A stretch of 64,000 nucleotides of DNA, taken from the IMG/VR virus record IMGVR_UViG_3300032217_000845, positions 61,777 through 125,776 of that record, one strand, 5' to 3'. The notes beneath the pieces are model-generated. The model searched no databases. It saw only the letters and a list, made by a program, of their open reading frames with translations, and had not been told where the DNA came from. This document shows positions 1 through 10,107 of the stretch, piece after piece. The position numbers were made by a program, and so were the translations under genes. The stretch is from a virus. Position 1 is the first letter of the stretch; each line of letters starts with the position of its first letter.

Positions 1-1
1 T

Positions 2-31
2 GAGTTGTCTGACGAAAGCGACGACGACTAA
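2..31 (+). CDS. 3' end of an upstream cassette ORF (partial, ...ELSDESDDD*)
   Basis: In-frame acidic codons ending at TAA 29-31, followed by a terminator hairpin (GTCGCTGAC-TTCG-GTTGGCGAC-T run). The array continues beyond the window. Confidence 0.6.
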   Translation, partial: ELSDESDDD

Positions 32-242
32 ACACGACACGAGAAAGGTCGCTGACTTCGGTTGGCGACTTTTTTTGTATCTGCCGATTACGGAGTTGTA
101 TTCGTTTTTTCCTCACCCCTGCCGAACACGACTTCCCTGTTATCTATTTGTTATAAAACTTTCTACACTTCGGGAATAAATGAACTTGACTTTTAGTTAT
201 ACTCTATGTAATAATGTAGTTATGGACAACGAAAGGGAAACA

Positions 243-770
243 ATGAACAACTACGAGAAGTCATACAGCAACGAGCCGTTTCTAAATGGTGCGTTAGACA
301 TACCTATTTGGAGTGAAATACTGCCGAACTTTTGGCTAGGTGGAACTGCCGATAACGATTGTGTTGGCGATAAGCACTTTCAGTTTGATAGGCAGGACAT
401 CTCTATCAAGCCTAGAAACTTTGATAGCGTTTATACTTTCTACGCTTACGCTAACCCTGTTGATTGGCTAGTTAGAGAGTTTAGGTTTGGCTACTTTGAT
501 AGTGGCGAAACTGACTTTGACTTAGACGAGTTTAGGCGTATTGCTCTAATGGCTCACGCTGATTGGAAGCGTGGCGAGAGAGTGCTAATGCGTTGCCAAG
601 CAGGTCTAAACAGGTCAAGCCTATTCTTTGCCTTAGTGCTTATGATTGACGGCTACACGGCACAAGAAGCGATTGACTTGATACGAGAGAAGCGACACGA
701 TAAGTGTCTATTCAATCCTCACTTCGTAGCGTGGTTGCTCAAACAAGACTTAGAGTTTTGGCGAGCATAA
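243..770 (+). CDS. Dual-specificity/tyrosine protein phosphatase-family protein
   Basis: CX5R P-loop (RCQAGLNRS) and the AQEAIDLIREKR...NPHF C-terminal pattern. Start placed after GAAAGGGAAACA. Confidence 0.85.
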   Translation: MNNYEKSYSNEPFLNGALDIPIWSEILPNFWLGGTADNDCVGDKHFQFDRQDISIKPRNFDSVYTFYAYANPVDWLVREFRFGYFDSGETDFDLDEFRRIALMAHADWKRGERVLMRCQAGLNRSSLFFALVLMIDGYTAQEAIDLIREKRHDKCLFNPHFVAWLLKQDLEFWRA

Positions 771-791
771 ACTCACGCTAAGAAAACCTAA

Positions 792-820
792 CCCCCGTGA
801 AAACTCACGGGGGATTTTCT
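792..820 (+). terminator. Intrinsic terminator (representative; nearly every cassette ends in one)
   Basis: CCCCCGTGA-AAAC-TCACGGGGG followed by ATTTTCT. Confidence 0.85.
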
Positions 821-962
821 TAGTGCGAAGTTGCGAAGGTGTATTCGTTTTTTCCTTACTCTACAAACACGGTGGAAGTATTACTTGCGTAAATCCATAA
901 GGTATGGTAAGATAGTTAGGTAGTCAGAAAGTCTGGCACAATAGAAATCCTGAAAGGGAACA

Positions 963-1286
963 ATGCTAAAAATGGAAATAAATGGGACAGAAGTAGTTAG
1001 TCCTATGGAAATCGCAAGTCGCTTCGGAGTTAGTTTGCCTGCTGTTTATGTCTGGGCAAGGCGTTCGGATTTTCCGACACCACTACTAACGACAGGTGGC
1101 TCACAACGACCACGCCACATTTACTCGGCTACCGAGATTGAGGCTTGGGTCGCTGAACACCTTGACGCTAAGGGTGGCAGGGGCAAGGCTCATCTAATCG
1201 GGCGTAGAGTTCTAGGGCTGGCAACATCTAACCCTGAAATCTACAAGCAGATTGAGCAGTTGCTAGAAAGCACCGACACCGAATAA
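963..1286 (+). CDS. AlpA/excisionase-like HTH DNA-binding protein
   Basis: EIASRFGVSLPAVYVWARRSDFPTP...YSATEIEAW pattern; RBS GAAAGGG. Confidence 0.7.
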   Translation: MLKMEINGTEVVSPMEIASRFGVSLPAVYVWARRSDFPTPLLTTGGSQRPRHIYSATEIEAWVAEHLDAKGGRGKAHLIGRRVLGLATSNPEIYKQIEQLLESTDTE

Positions 1287-1411
1287 GGCTCTGAAAGAAA
1301 CACGCTTACCCGAAAGGGTAGGCGTTTTCTTTTTTTGCTAATGCGAAGTTAGCCGAGTGTATTCGTTTTTTCCTTACACGCTGTCTAGCACGACACGCTA
1401 ATAGTATGAAC

Positions 1412-1440
1412 TTGCTTTTGTCGGTAGTATTTGGTATAAT
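1412..1440 (+). promoter_or_regulatory. Sigma70/SigA-type early promoter (representative)
   Basis: TTGCTT-17 bp-TATAAT. Equivalent promoters precede nearly every cassette (e.g. TTGACT at 3421, 7026, 14084). Confidence 0.85.
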
Positions 1441-1481
1441 AGTTATGTAGTCAGAAAGACTGATTACAGAAAGGGAAACAA

Positions 1482-1796
1482 ATGGAAATCGCTTTACTAG
1501 GTTTCTTAGGTGTTGTATCGCTTATGACTATCGGTGCTTTCTTGGTCGTAGTCTTGTGTGCGTTTATCATCTACAAGATAGACCCGACTTATGACGAGTT
1601 TGGTTTCTGGGGAAACTTCCGTATGGAACTCTCCACTATCCTTGCTGGCAAGTTTGGCTACGAAGTATCACGACAAGAATACAAACAGGCTTACGACTTA
1701 GGTGTCAAAATGAGCGACAGAACTCTACAAGGTAGCAAGAACAGACACCCTGCCAACAATGATGGTAAGTTGCCTTACGAACTCTACAAATACTAA
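1482..1796 (+). CDS. Hypothetical membrane protein
   Basis: N-terminal hydrophobic helix; RBS GAAAGGGAAACAA. Confidence 0.75.
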   Translation: MEIALLGFLGVVSLMTIGAFLVVVLCAFIIYKIDPTYDEFGFWGNFRMELSTILAGKFGYEVSRQEYKQAYDLGVKMSDRTLQGSKNRHPANNDGKLPYELYKY

Positions 1797-2012
1797 GTAG
1801 AACTCACCGAGAGATTACCCCGTAGAGATACGGGGTTTTCTTTTACCCTGTGGGCTGGGAGTTGTATTCGTTTTTTCTATACCACTAATACGAAAGATAA
1901 CAACTTGATAACAACACGATACAAAGATAGTAAATGGGCTTGTATTGTCATTAGATAGGAGTATAATCATAGGTATAGGAAAGTTTCCAAAGGGGAAACT
2001 GAAAGGGACAAA

Positions 2013-2384
2013 ATGACACTAGTAGCAGATACCAAGATTGGCACAGCAGTAGAAACCAAGATTGGCACAGCCGAGTTGAGTGCTGGTAGAGAACGCAAGA
2101 ACTTCTACAAAGACGGAACTAGGGTTGCTCACATAGACAGGATTTACGCACCGAGCAGAGTGTTTATTGACTTGGGCGAGAGTGTCTGGGAACACCTGAA
2201 CAACAGACACAATAGGGATTGGCAGACCCTAAAACCTATCGTGGCTGGATTGCTCTGGGCTAATGGGATTGCCTTTGAGAAACTATCGTGGAACAAGAAC
2301 GCTGGTTGTAAGATGTGTGCTTGCTCTGGTGGGTTCGTAATCACAGGACACAAGGGACAAGACTTCTGGCTCACGATTAGATAA
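2013..2384 (+). CDS. Hypothetical protein (GCxxCxCS motif)
   Basis: Promoter, RBS and terminator context. Confidence 0.8.
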   Translation: MTLVADTKIGTAVETKIGTAELSAGRERKNFYKDGTRVAHIDRIYAPSRVFIDLGESVWEHLNNRHNRDWQTLKPIVAGLLWANGIAFEKLSWNKNAGCKMCACSGGFVITGHKGQDFWLTIR

Positions 2385-2571
2385 GCCAAACACGAAAGCC
2401 CCTGCCGAGAAATCGGTGGGGGTTTTCTCTTGCTATCGCTAATGCGAAGTGTATTCGTTTTTTCCAGATGGCACGGGGCGTGGAGTTTCCGTTATCTGTT
2501 TGTTATAAAGTTTTGGGAAGATTTGTATCACTATTTAGGTTTCTATTATTGTGAAGGAAAGGAGAGATACT

Positions 2572-2712
2572 ATGGAAGACAAACTAAATCCTAAGTTTGG
2601 ACTAAACACCGAGAACCCTGATGTCAAGGGTTTCTTAGCGTGGCTATTCGACCCAGAAGTCGATAAGGCTATTGAGCAGTTCATACAGGACACTAGCAAC
2701 GACACCGAGTAG
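2572..2712 (+). CDS. 46-aa hypothetical protein (MEDKLNPKFG...)
   Basis: RBS GAAAGGAG, own cassette; below the ORF-track cutoff. Confidence 0.7.
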   Translation: MEDKLNPKFGLNTENPDVKGFLAWLFDPEVDKAIEQFIQDTSNDTE

Positions 2713-2958
2713 GTGTAGTCCGTAGCGATAGGCACAGATAATCTCTGTGCCTATTTTGCTATCTTGATACGAAGTTAGGGAAAAAACGAATACATACCCT
2801 AACCCTCTTTATAACGAAATGATAACAACACGATAATACTTGCTAAATGGATTTGACTTTTCCTAGTGGTATAGATTAGGATTACTAATGTAATCGGAAA
2901 TCAAAGTTGGAAAGTCCAATAGAGAGATTACTTAGACCTCACGAAAGGGGTTGGTAGT

Positions 2959-3312
2959 ATGGCTAAGACAGCCATTACTCCGAAGGTAGTAGCAACTGCT
3001 ACTACTTCCACCACCGAAGGCACTCGCAAGGTGTCTAAGGTTCTAGTTGCTAAGGTTGCCGAAATGGCTCACCTTCGCACCGAGATAGCACGCTTGGAAA
3101 AGTTGGCTAACTCACTTCGCAAGGAAGTTCTTGCCGAAGTCGGTTCTGACCCTGTTGTTCTTATTCACAACAACATCAAGGTTGCTAAGGTGTCTGTGGT
3201 AATCACGGAACGCCCTGACCTTGACGCCCTTCGTTCAGCGTTCCCTGACGCTTGGGACGCTGTGAAATACGACAGCCCTGCTGTAAAGATTTCGGTTATC
3301 CACGAAGTCTAA
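2959..3312 (+). CDS. Hypothetical protein, coiled coil plus 'DxDALxxxF' domain; paralog of 15034..15363
   Basis: RBS GAAAGGGG; similarity to the 15034 ORF seen by eye. Confidence 0.75.
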   Translation: MAKTAITPKVVATATTSTTEGTRKVSKVLVAKVAEMAHLRTEIARLEKLANSLRKEVLAEVGSDPVVLIHNNIKVAKVSVVITERPDLDALRSAFPDAWDAVKYDSPAVKISVIHEV

Positions 3313-3455
3313 TCAGTAGTCCCGAAGTCCCCTAGCCGAAAGGCTGGGGGATTTTCGCTATCGGGTTTTGGCAGGGTTGTATTCGTTTTTTCCACACGAC
3401 ACACGGGGGGCAGATTGGATTTGACTTTGTCTGTGCTATGGTGTAGTATGAAGTT

Positions 3456-3872
3456 ATGAATACACAAATACAGCAAGACGAACTAGAACTCCCGACAGGG
3501 CGTATCTACTTTGACGACATCATCAAGACCGATTTTGGTCTATTCCAAAACCTAGATGCTTTGTTGCTCTGGGCTAGTGAAAACCCTAGTGAAGTATCTG
3601 GCTACGAAAGTAGAACTTTCCTGCGTTCATACCGAAACAATAATGGTAATCTCTCTGTGGTCTATGTCTGTAAAGACATTGACGAATGCGATTGCTCTTG
3701 GCAGTTTGCTACACACTTACACGAAATCGCTGTAAGACACATCAAGGAACAGGGTGGAACAGACTTCCCTGCTGAACCTGACTTTGATACAACTCCACGC
3801 AAGCAAGTTGATTGCGAATACCTAGTTGAGATTGAGTATCGCTATGTGGAAGTTGGCGTAGTAGTCAAGTAA
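3456..3872 (+). CDS. Hypothetical protein (leaderless)
   Basis: ATG is 6 nt after the -10 box TAGTAT (3444-3449). Confidence 0.75.
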   Translation: MNTQIQQDELELPTGRIYFDDIIKTDFGLFQNLDALLLWASENPSEVSGYESRTFLRSYRNNNGNLSVVYVCKDIDECDCSWQFATHLHEIAVRHIKEQGGTDFPAEPDFDTTPRKQVDCEYLVEIEYRYVEVGVVVK

Positions 3873-4040
3873 TCTGCGAGAGAGTGGGCAGGGGAAACCC
3901 TGCTCATTTTTTTTGTTAGTCCAATGTGTATTCGTTTTTTCCTAGCACGACACGCTAACACGGGGGCTACTTGCTTTTGTCGGTGCTAGGGTGTAAGATA
4001 GTGTTATCGGAAACTCCGATAGGAAATGAAAGGGAAACAA

Positions 4041-4247
4041 ATGAAGTATGCGTTTCGCAGATTACTTGCTGGTATCGTAATCGTGCCACTAGTCGCTATC
4101 GCCTATCTATTCGGCTACGCTATGCTGGTTGGTCTGGGTGCTGAACCTACTGCTAGTGCTAGTGAAGTCTGGTCGCTAGGGTTGCTGTTCGGTCTAATCG
4201 CTACGCTGGTATTCGCTGGCTCGGCTCTGGTAAAGGCAGGTAAGTAA
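4041..4247 (+). CDS. Small 2-TM membrane protein
   Basis: Two hydrophobic segments; RBS GAAAGGGAAACAA. Confidence 0.75.
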   Translation: MKYAFRRLLAGIVIVPLVAIAYLFGYAMLVGLGAEPTASASEVWSLGLLFGLIATLVFAGSALVKAGK

Positions 4248-4405
4248 TGAAGTATCTACTCGCTGGGCTAGGGGCTTACTCCATTGGGGTTGGCTCTTGG
4301 TTCTACAACGCTAACAACACGCTAAACTCTCTGTTTATCGGCTGGGGGCTGGGCTTGCTCTTGCTAGTTGGCTCTATGGTTCTATTCATTGGGGGCGACA
4401 AATGA
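4247..4405 (+). CDS. 52-aa membrane microprotein (MKYLLAGLGAY...)
   Basis: TAATG overlap with the previous ORF; hydrophobic. Confidence 0.65.
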   Translation: MKYLLAGLGAYSIGVGSWFYNANNTLNSLFIGWGLGLLLLVGSMVLFIGGDK

Positions 4406-4521
4406 CTAGGGAACTCTGGTTCGCTGTTGTCCTAGCGTTGCTCGTTGGCTCATCTATCTTGCTAGGCTGGTGCTTACACGCTTGGCATTACAGACCACGC
4501 TATCGCAGAAATCGCAGATAG
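4402..4521 (+). CDS. 39-aa single-TM microprotein with Arg-rich tail
   Basis: ATGA overlap; MTRELWFAVVLALLVGSSILLGWCLHAWHYRPRYRRNRR; terminator follows. Confidence 0.6.
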   Translation: MTRELWFAVVLALLVGSSILLGWCLHAWHYRPRYRRNRR

Positions 4522-4729
4522 GTTTTAGGAACTCCCCCGATTATGTCGGGGGTTTTCTTTTGCCTGTTTCGGTTCGGGGTGTATTCGTTTTTTCTTGACA
4601 TACGGCAAGGATTATAACGAAATGATAACGCTACACTAATACGAAGTTGCTAAGTTGCTTTTGTCGGTGGTAGGTGGTAAGATTGTATTAGTTAGAAAGT
4701 CTAACTACTTATAGAAAGGGGCGACCAAA

Positions 4730-5089
4730 ATGGTTGCTGGCGTTATCATCACAACTGAAATGAACACCACAGAACTTCCTGACACTTCATACGAAGCGAT
4801 TAGCAAGGCTGTCGGTGGCTACATACAGATAGTTCCACTACAAAACGACTTCGCTGGATACTCAATGTATCTACACGAAGAGGGTAAGTTGATTGGTCTT
4901 CCAATGAACGACATCGCAACTGCCGTTTGGGAAAACTCATACGGACACACAGACATCATCTTAGGAAATGTCGTAATCGTCAATGCGAACACAGACGACG
5001 ACGGAAACGAACTTCCTATTAGCGAAGACGACGCTGAAAGCCTTATGGCGAAACTAAGACTAGTCTTTGTGAAATACGCTACGAACTAG
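4730..5089 (+). CDS. DUF3846-like protein
   Basis: VGGYIQIV...MYLHEEGKLIGLPMN...DIILGNVVI pattern. Confidence 0.75.
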   Translation: MVAGVIITTEMNTTELPDTSYEAISKAVGGYIQIVPLQNDFAGYSMYLHEEGKLIGLPMNDIATAVWENSYGHTDIILGNVVIVNANTDDDGNELPISEDDAESLMAKLRLVFVKYATN

Positions 5090-5271
5090 CCAAGCAAGTA
5101 GTTAGGCGATTAGGGAAACCTAGTCGCCTTTCTGCGTTTTTGCGTGGGGGCAGGGTGTATTCGTTTTTTCCATTACGACACGCTAAGGGCTATCGTGATT
5201 TGTATTTGTCGGGGTAGTATGATACAATCGTATTGTTAGTTGGAAAGGCTGACTAACTGAAAGGGAAACAA

Positions 5272-5670
5272 ATGGCAGTAATAGATTGGGACGAAGTAGA
5301 TAGTGGTCTAGTAGGTGCTAAGGCTATTGCCTTTGATACTTGCCACAAAATCTATGTCCTTATGGACGATGAGCAGGTTGCCGAAATGCGTGGCTACGGA
5401 TACGGCGATGAACCAGATAGTTTCTACACTTGCGATGAAATGTCGCATAGCGAAATGCTGGAAAAGCTAAAAGAGTGGTTTGAGAAGTCTTGCCCCCTGA
5501 AGTTCATACAAGCAGTAGAAACTAATCACACCGACCCTAACGCTGGTTTTACCACGCTGATTGAGCAGGGTGCTACCGAATACGAACTTTGCTACATCTG
5601 TGGAGCCGAAGGTTGCGAAGGTGAGTGCGAAGACGAAGACGACTACGAAGACGAAGAAGACGAAGAGTGA
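5272..5670 (+). CDS. Hypothetical protein with Cys-rich and acidic C-terminus
   Basis: RBS GAAAGGGAAACAA; cassette context. Confidence 0.8.
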   Translation: MAVIDWDEVDSGLVGAKAIAFDTCHKIYVLMDDEQVAEMRGYGYGDEPDSFYTCDEMSHSEMLEKLKEWFEKSCPLKFIQAVETNHTDPNAGFTTLIEQGATEYELCYICGAEGCEGECEDEDDYEDEEDEE

Positions 5671-5681
5671 GCCTGATAGCA

Positions 5682-5852
5682 ATGCGTAAGTGCGATTGCT
5701 GTAATGGCGAGAGTGTCTTCACTTGCGAGAGTTGTGGAAACGGATTGGCAAGCGAACGAAAACCTTTCGTTGATAGTTCTGGGATTGAGTTTGACCCGAA
5801 CACCGAACACGCTATTTGGGTTTGCGTGGATTGTGCCGAACGCCTAGCCTAG
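5682..5852 (+). CDS. Small Cys-rich (zinc-finger-like) protein
   Basis: CxxC pairs (CDCC, CESC, CVDC); alternative GTG start at 5667. Confidence 0.6.
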   Translation: MRKCDCCNGESVFTCESCGNGLASERKPFVDSSGIEFDPNTEHAIWVCVDCAERLA

Positions 5853-6034
5853 TCCTAAGAAAGTCCCCTTGCGAAAGCAGGGGGATTATTCTTTGCCCGA
5901 TTGGTTGCGAGATGTATTCGTTTTTTCCTGTGGATACGGCAGACACGACACGCCTTAGCCTTGACTTGACTTTATGTTAGTAGTTTGGTATAATGAGAGT
6001 ATCAAGTAAGTTGCTTGATAGAAATGGGAAACAG

Positions 6035-6238
6035 ATGTCAGTAAAGTATCCAGAAGTCAAAACTGTAAAGTTAGTTGGCGAAGACGGAAATGCTTTCGCT
6101 ATCTTGGGAAGAGTTGTGAAGGCTATGCGTGTAGCAGGTCTATCTAAGGAAGTCCAAGACGCTTACTACAAGGAAGCCACTAGTGGCGACTACGACCACT
6201 TGCTACAAACAACGCTTCGCTGGGTAAAGACCAAGTAA
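6035..6238 (+). CDS. Phage hypothetical protein (LVGEDGNAFAILG...SGDYDHLL)
   Basis: Motif I recognise from small phage proteins; cassette context. Confidence 0.75.
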   Translation: MSVKYPEVKTVKLVGEDGNAFAILGRVVKAMRVAGLSKEVQDAYYKEATSGDYDHLLQTTLRWVKTK

Positions 6239-6459
6239 AGAACCCGTCGGGTATTCGGTCAATACTCAAAAGCCCCCTTACTCTCACACACGGAGTAGGG
6301 GGGTTTCTTCTTTTGCTGTGGTTGTGGTTGCTGCTGAAAAAACGAATACACTTCGCACTAGCACGGGGGCGACACGCTTCGTATGTGTTTGCGTATGTCG
6401 GGGGTGTAGAGTATAATAGTATTAGTTAGAAATACTAACTAGAAACGAAAGGGAAAGAA

Positions 6460-6708
6460 ATGGGTCTAAGCAAAGACTTCTATTCGGGGTTTGCCTTTGA
6501 GGAACTCGGTCGTATGGTCGGGGGACACAAGGACTACTTCGTTAGTGAGCAGACTATCGCTATGGTCTGGGCAGAGTGCCACAAGAACGAACGCCTTATC
6601 ACGCTGGCTGGTATGTATCTGGTTGGGTCAAGCGAAAGGGCTGAACGAAACTTACAGAAACTACAAGACGAACTCCGTCTTGTGTTCATTGAGCGAAAGG
6701 TAATCTAA
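6460..6708 (+). CDS. Hypothetical protein
   Basis: RBS GAAAGGG. Confidence 0.75.
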   Translation: MGLSKDFYSGFAFEELGRMVGGHKDYFVSEQTIAMVWAECHKNERLITLAGMYLVGSSERAERNLQKLQDELRLVFIERKVI

Positions 6709-6929
6709 TGGAAGTCGCAGTAATCGTAGTGCTAATCCTTATGAGTGGTCTGGGTGCGATAATCGGTGCTTGTCTTACGACAATGAACTTACGCAAGGCT
6801 TTCATCTTTACTATCCACAATGCTACGGACTATGTAGTAGATGTTCGTATTGACTACTCCACTAAGGAAGTTGTGGTTGTAGATGTAGCCAAGCAACCTG
6901 CTAAACCAAGAGCCAAGCGAACCAAGTAA
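6708..6929 (+). CDS. Small membrane protein
   Basis: TAATG coupling; N-terminal TM helix and basic tail. Confidence 0.7.
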   Translation: MEVAVIVVLILMSGLGAIIGACLTTMNLRKAFIFTIHNATDYVVDVRIDYSTKEVVVVDVAKQPAKPRAKRTK

Positions 6930-7060
6930 GTTCGCATACGGGAAGTCAGTAATGGCTTCCCGTTTCTCTTAGTGTCAAGTTGTATTCGTTTTTTCCTGAC
7001 CTGTGGGACACGGGTCGCTCTTGACTTGACTTTACTAATGCTATGTGATACACTTATCTT

Positions 7061-7249
7061 ATGAATAAGAAAGCGAAGCCAATGAACAAGGCAAACCAAG
7101 CAAGAGCCAAAGTAGAGCGTTCTGCTCTGGCAGTAATCTTGCGTGAGCGTGCCAAGAGCAACGCTTCTGGTGTTCATACCAACAAGGCAACAAAGCGAGC
7201 CAACACCCGTTCGGCTCGTAAATCACAAGCACTTAGAGAGTGGGCATAA
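7061..7249 (+). CDS. Small very basic protein (leaderless)
   Basis: TTGACT 7026 and TACACT 7049, then ATG 6 nt later; K/R/A-rich. Confidence 0.7.
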   Translation: MNKKAKPMNKANQARAKVERSALAVILRERAKSNASGVHTNKATKRANTRSARKSQALREWA

Positions 7250-7375
7250 ATGGAACTAACTGACCTAGAAGCAAAAGCAGTAAAGGCTATTTACAGCGAC
7301 TATCACGATGGGGCTATGGACGCTGACGAAGCACTACACGCCTTAGAACAACTCATCAACAACGACAACGACTAA
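7250..7375 (+). CDS. 41-aa acidic protein (MELTDLEAK...)
   Basis: Directly abuts the previous stop codon; terminator follows. Confidence 0.6.
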   Translation: MELTDLEAKAVKAIYSDYHDGAMDADEALHALEQLINNDND

Positions 7376-7535
7376 GAACAGAGAGAGAGAGCCTATGCTT
7401 CGGCATAGGTTTTCTTTCTGCGTGGGTAGCAGTGGAAAAAACGAATACATACGGAGAGCAACACGCCTATCCTATGGACTTGACTTTTATCCTATGCTTT
7501 GATACAATAGGGGTATAGAAAGAAAGGGGTAGCAA

Positions 7536-7898
7536 GTGGCTACTAAGCAAACAGCAACAGCAAGCATAAAGTTATGGGACTTTACTCTAACTATGTCGGG
7601 TGGCATTATCGGCGTATGGAGTGAATGGACTTACACACTAACCTATGGTTCTGGACAGAGCAAGACCTATCACGACGAACACGGATACTACACAACAGAC
7701 GAGTTAGATGAAGCCCTATGGGTAGAAGCAGTTCGCATTGTTGAGAAGTATGGCAGAAACATTTCAGTTGAGGTAGCAGATGTAGAAGTCTGCCCTGATT
7801 GCGACGAACGCATTACAGACGACAACCCTCTCATTGACGAAACACAATACAGCACGCAGTTCGGTTCTTGTATTGGTTGTTGCGACCCTACGCCATAA
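7536..7898 (+). CDS. Hypothetical protein with C-terminal CxxC pairs
   Basis: RBS GAAAGGGG, GTG start. Confidence 0.75.
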   Translation: MATKQTATASIKLWDFTLTMSGGIIGVWSEWTYTLTYGSGQSKTYHDEHGYYTTDELDEALWVEAVRIVEKYGRNISVEVADVEVCPDCDERITDDNPLIDETQYSTQFGSCIGCCDPTP

Positions 7899-8075
7899 CA
7901 CGACCTAACAAAACGCCACTTAGTCAAACGACTAGGTGGCTTTTGTCTTATCTGGAAGTTGTGGCGAAGTGGCAGTGTATTCGTTTTTTCCTAACAACAT
8001 CGCATTAGTGAGATGTGCTTGACTTTGTCGGGGGTCTGTGTTAGAATAGTATTATCCAAATGAAAGGGGATACAA

Positions 8076-8228
8076 ATGGCAGAGCCATTGCTACACACAC
8101 TTCGTCAGTTATCGGCAGACACCGATGTAGAAATCGGTTTGCTTGCTTACGACGAGCAACTCATTCGCCTTATTAGAACTTCACACAAATACGCAGACTT
8201 GCTTGTGTATGTGGATAGCAACTACTAA
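8076..8228 (+). CDS. 50-aa hypothetical protein (MAEPLLHTL...)
   Basis: RBS GAAAGGGG; own promoter and terminator. Confidence 0.7.
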   Translation: MAEPLLHTLRQLSADTDVEIGLLAYDEQLIRLIRTSHKYADLLVYVDSNY

Positions 8229-8447
8229 ACAATAAAGCGAAACTAAAACCTGGAAGCGAAACTGCTTCCAGGTTTTACTTTTGCCTAATGCGAAGTTGCT
8301 CATCTAGTTCGGTGTATTCGTTTTTTCCGTGAGTGTGCTACACGGGTCGCAACACGCTAGTTCTATGTGCTTGCTTTTGTCGTAGGGTTGTGGTATAATA
8401 AGATTATGAAATGGAACGAAATCTAAGTAGTTCCGAAAGGGAAGCAA

Positions 8448-8693
8448 ATGAACATTTATGAAATCGTAGAGAGTGGTCAGGTTGTATTATCTGCCGATGA
8501 GGAAATGGGAGTTCTAATCACTTGGAACGGCAACTCAATGCTAAACCTCTGGGTAAGAGATTACTCAATGGGAAACTGGGACAACACCGATGTTAGAACA
8601 CGCTACGACATTGACGGAAGTCTAGGCAAGGCATTAGAAGAAAGTAGCGAGTGGCTTTTAGAAATGGAACAGGGTCGCTACGAGAACCACTAA
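8448..8693 (+). CDS. Hypothetical protein
   Basis: RBS GAAAGGG; cassette context. Confidence 0.75.
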   Translation: MNIYEIVESGQVVLSADEEMGVLITWNGNSMLNLWVRDYSMGNWDNTDVRTRYDIDGSLGKALEESSEWLLEMEQGRYENH

Positions 8694-8913
8694 ACAACAA
8701 ACTAACAAGGAACGCCCTCGCAGAAATGTGGGGGCTTTCTTGCTTTTGCTGTGGGTTGTTAGTTCGTTGTTGCTGTGGTGTATTCGTTTTTTCCGTAGCA
8801 TACGACACGACAAAAGATTATGCTAAATGGATTTGACTTTACGATAGGCAACTGCTATACTGAGAGGGTAGTCAGGAGAACAAGGGGTTCGAGGGCTACG
8901 AAAGGGAAACAAG

Positions 8914-9162
8914 ATGTCTAAGAAAGTAATCGTTCTAACCTCTACCTCTCAAGGAGAGCGTGGTCAGGCAGGACACAAGAAAGTCTATGAGATTATCGTA
9001 GATGGCAACAAGGTAGAACTTCGCTGGGGCAAGGCAGAGGAAACCAAACGACAGACACAAACCAAGTGGTTCTCTTACGAGAACGCCGCTTACAACTTCG
9101 CACTAGAAAAGAAATGGGCGAAAGTTGATAAGGGGTATGTAGTCGCTTACCAAGCGATTTAG
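8914..9162 (+). CDS. Stand-alone WGR-domain protein
   Basis: KVYEI...VELRWGK...Q.Q.K.F...A......K...K..KGY pattern. Confidence 0.75.
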   Translation: MSKKVIVLTSTSQGERGQAGHKKVYEIIVDGNKVELRWGKAEETKRQTQTKWFSYENAAYNFALEKKWAKVDKGYVVAYQAI

Positions 9163-9411
9163 CCACGAAAGACTTGTCGGGGTATTGCCCCCCTTTCCCC
9201 CGACAAATGAGAAGCCCCCGACTAGTTCGGGGGTTTCGCTTTTTTGCTGTGGGTGTTTGGCTGTGGTGTTGTTGTATTCGTTTTTTCCATAGCGTTCATA
9301 CACACGGCGAGTGGGGGGGGGGTGTGTTGTTGGCGTTTCGTGTTGCTTTTGTCGGTTGTGTGTGGTATGATAGTTATAGACAATCAAGGTGGTTGTCTGA
9401 AAGGGAAACAA

Positions 9412-9570
9412 ATGAAAATCTATTCACTAATCATCCACGATGAAGTTGCTAATGTTCATCCTGTTTATGAAGTTCATTCTTGGGAGAAGGCAGAAGAAAT
9501 CATCAAGAAAACAATCGAACTAGCAGAAGGCAAGCCTTTTACTTGGGAAGTTGTCGGAAACTCAAACTAA
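9412..9570 (+). CDS. 52-aa hypothetical protein (MKIYSLII...)
   Basis: RBS GAAAGGGAAACAA; corrected start of track ORF 9244..9570. Confidence 0.7.
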   Translation: MKIYSLIIHDEVANVHPVYEVHSWEKAEEIIKKTIELAEGKPFTWEVVGNSN

Positions 9571-9774
9571 GTTAGTCAAAGTAGTCCCCCTGCGTATGTG
9601 GGGGGATTATTTTTTTGTCTGTGGGTGTGCGTGGTTGTTTGGAAGTGTATTCGTTTTTTCCGTAGGTATAGCAACACGGCGAAGGGGGGGGGCGACTTGA
9701 CTTTGTCGTATCTATGTGTTATGATGTAAATACAAGGGAAACGAAATAGAAGTAGTTTCGTAAAGGGGTTCTAA

Positions 9775-10107
9775 ATGAGTTGTAAAGATTGGTCTATCGC
9801 AGTAGTAGCCGAAAAGCCTATGTGCGACATCTGCCCTAAGTTTGGGTTTATCACTAAGGTTGCCGAGTATGACGCTAGAACGCAGTTCGGGGGAAACCCG
9901 TGGGCGTTTATGTGCGAGAGTTGCTACGGCTACTTTGGGTTTGACCGACTAGGTCTAGGCTATGGTCAGCGACTAATAACAGAGAGCGAACACACTCACG
10001 AGTGGATAGAAGTAAATCTCGCCGAGTATGAAACTTACGAGTTTAGCCAGAGCGAGCCAGATACTACGCTATGTTCGCAATGTGGGCTACATAAGCCAGC
10101 AGAATAA
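9775..10107 (+). CDS. Hypothetical Cys/His-rich protein
   Basis: CDIC...YDART...WAFMCESC...LGLGYGQ; cassette context. Confidence 0.75.
   Translation: MSCKDWSIAVVAEKPMCDICPKFGFITKVAEYDARTQFGGNPWAFMCESCYGYFGFDRLGLGYGQRLITESEHTHEWIEVNLAEYETYEFSQSEPDTTLCSQCGLHKPAE

Noticed and set aside
5625-5681. Poly-Arg N-terminus of track ORF 5625..5852
   Set aside because: Alternate-frame reading of the Asp/Glu tail of the 5272 ORF; the real start is 5667 or 5682.
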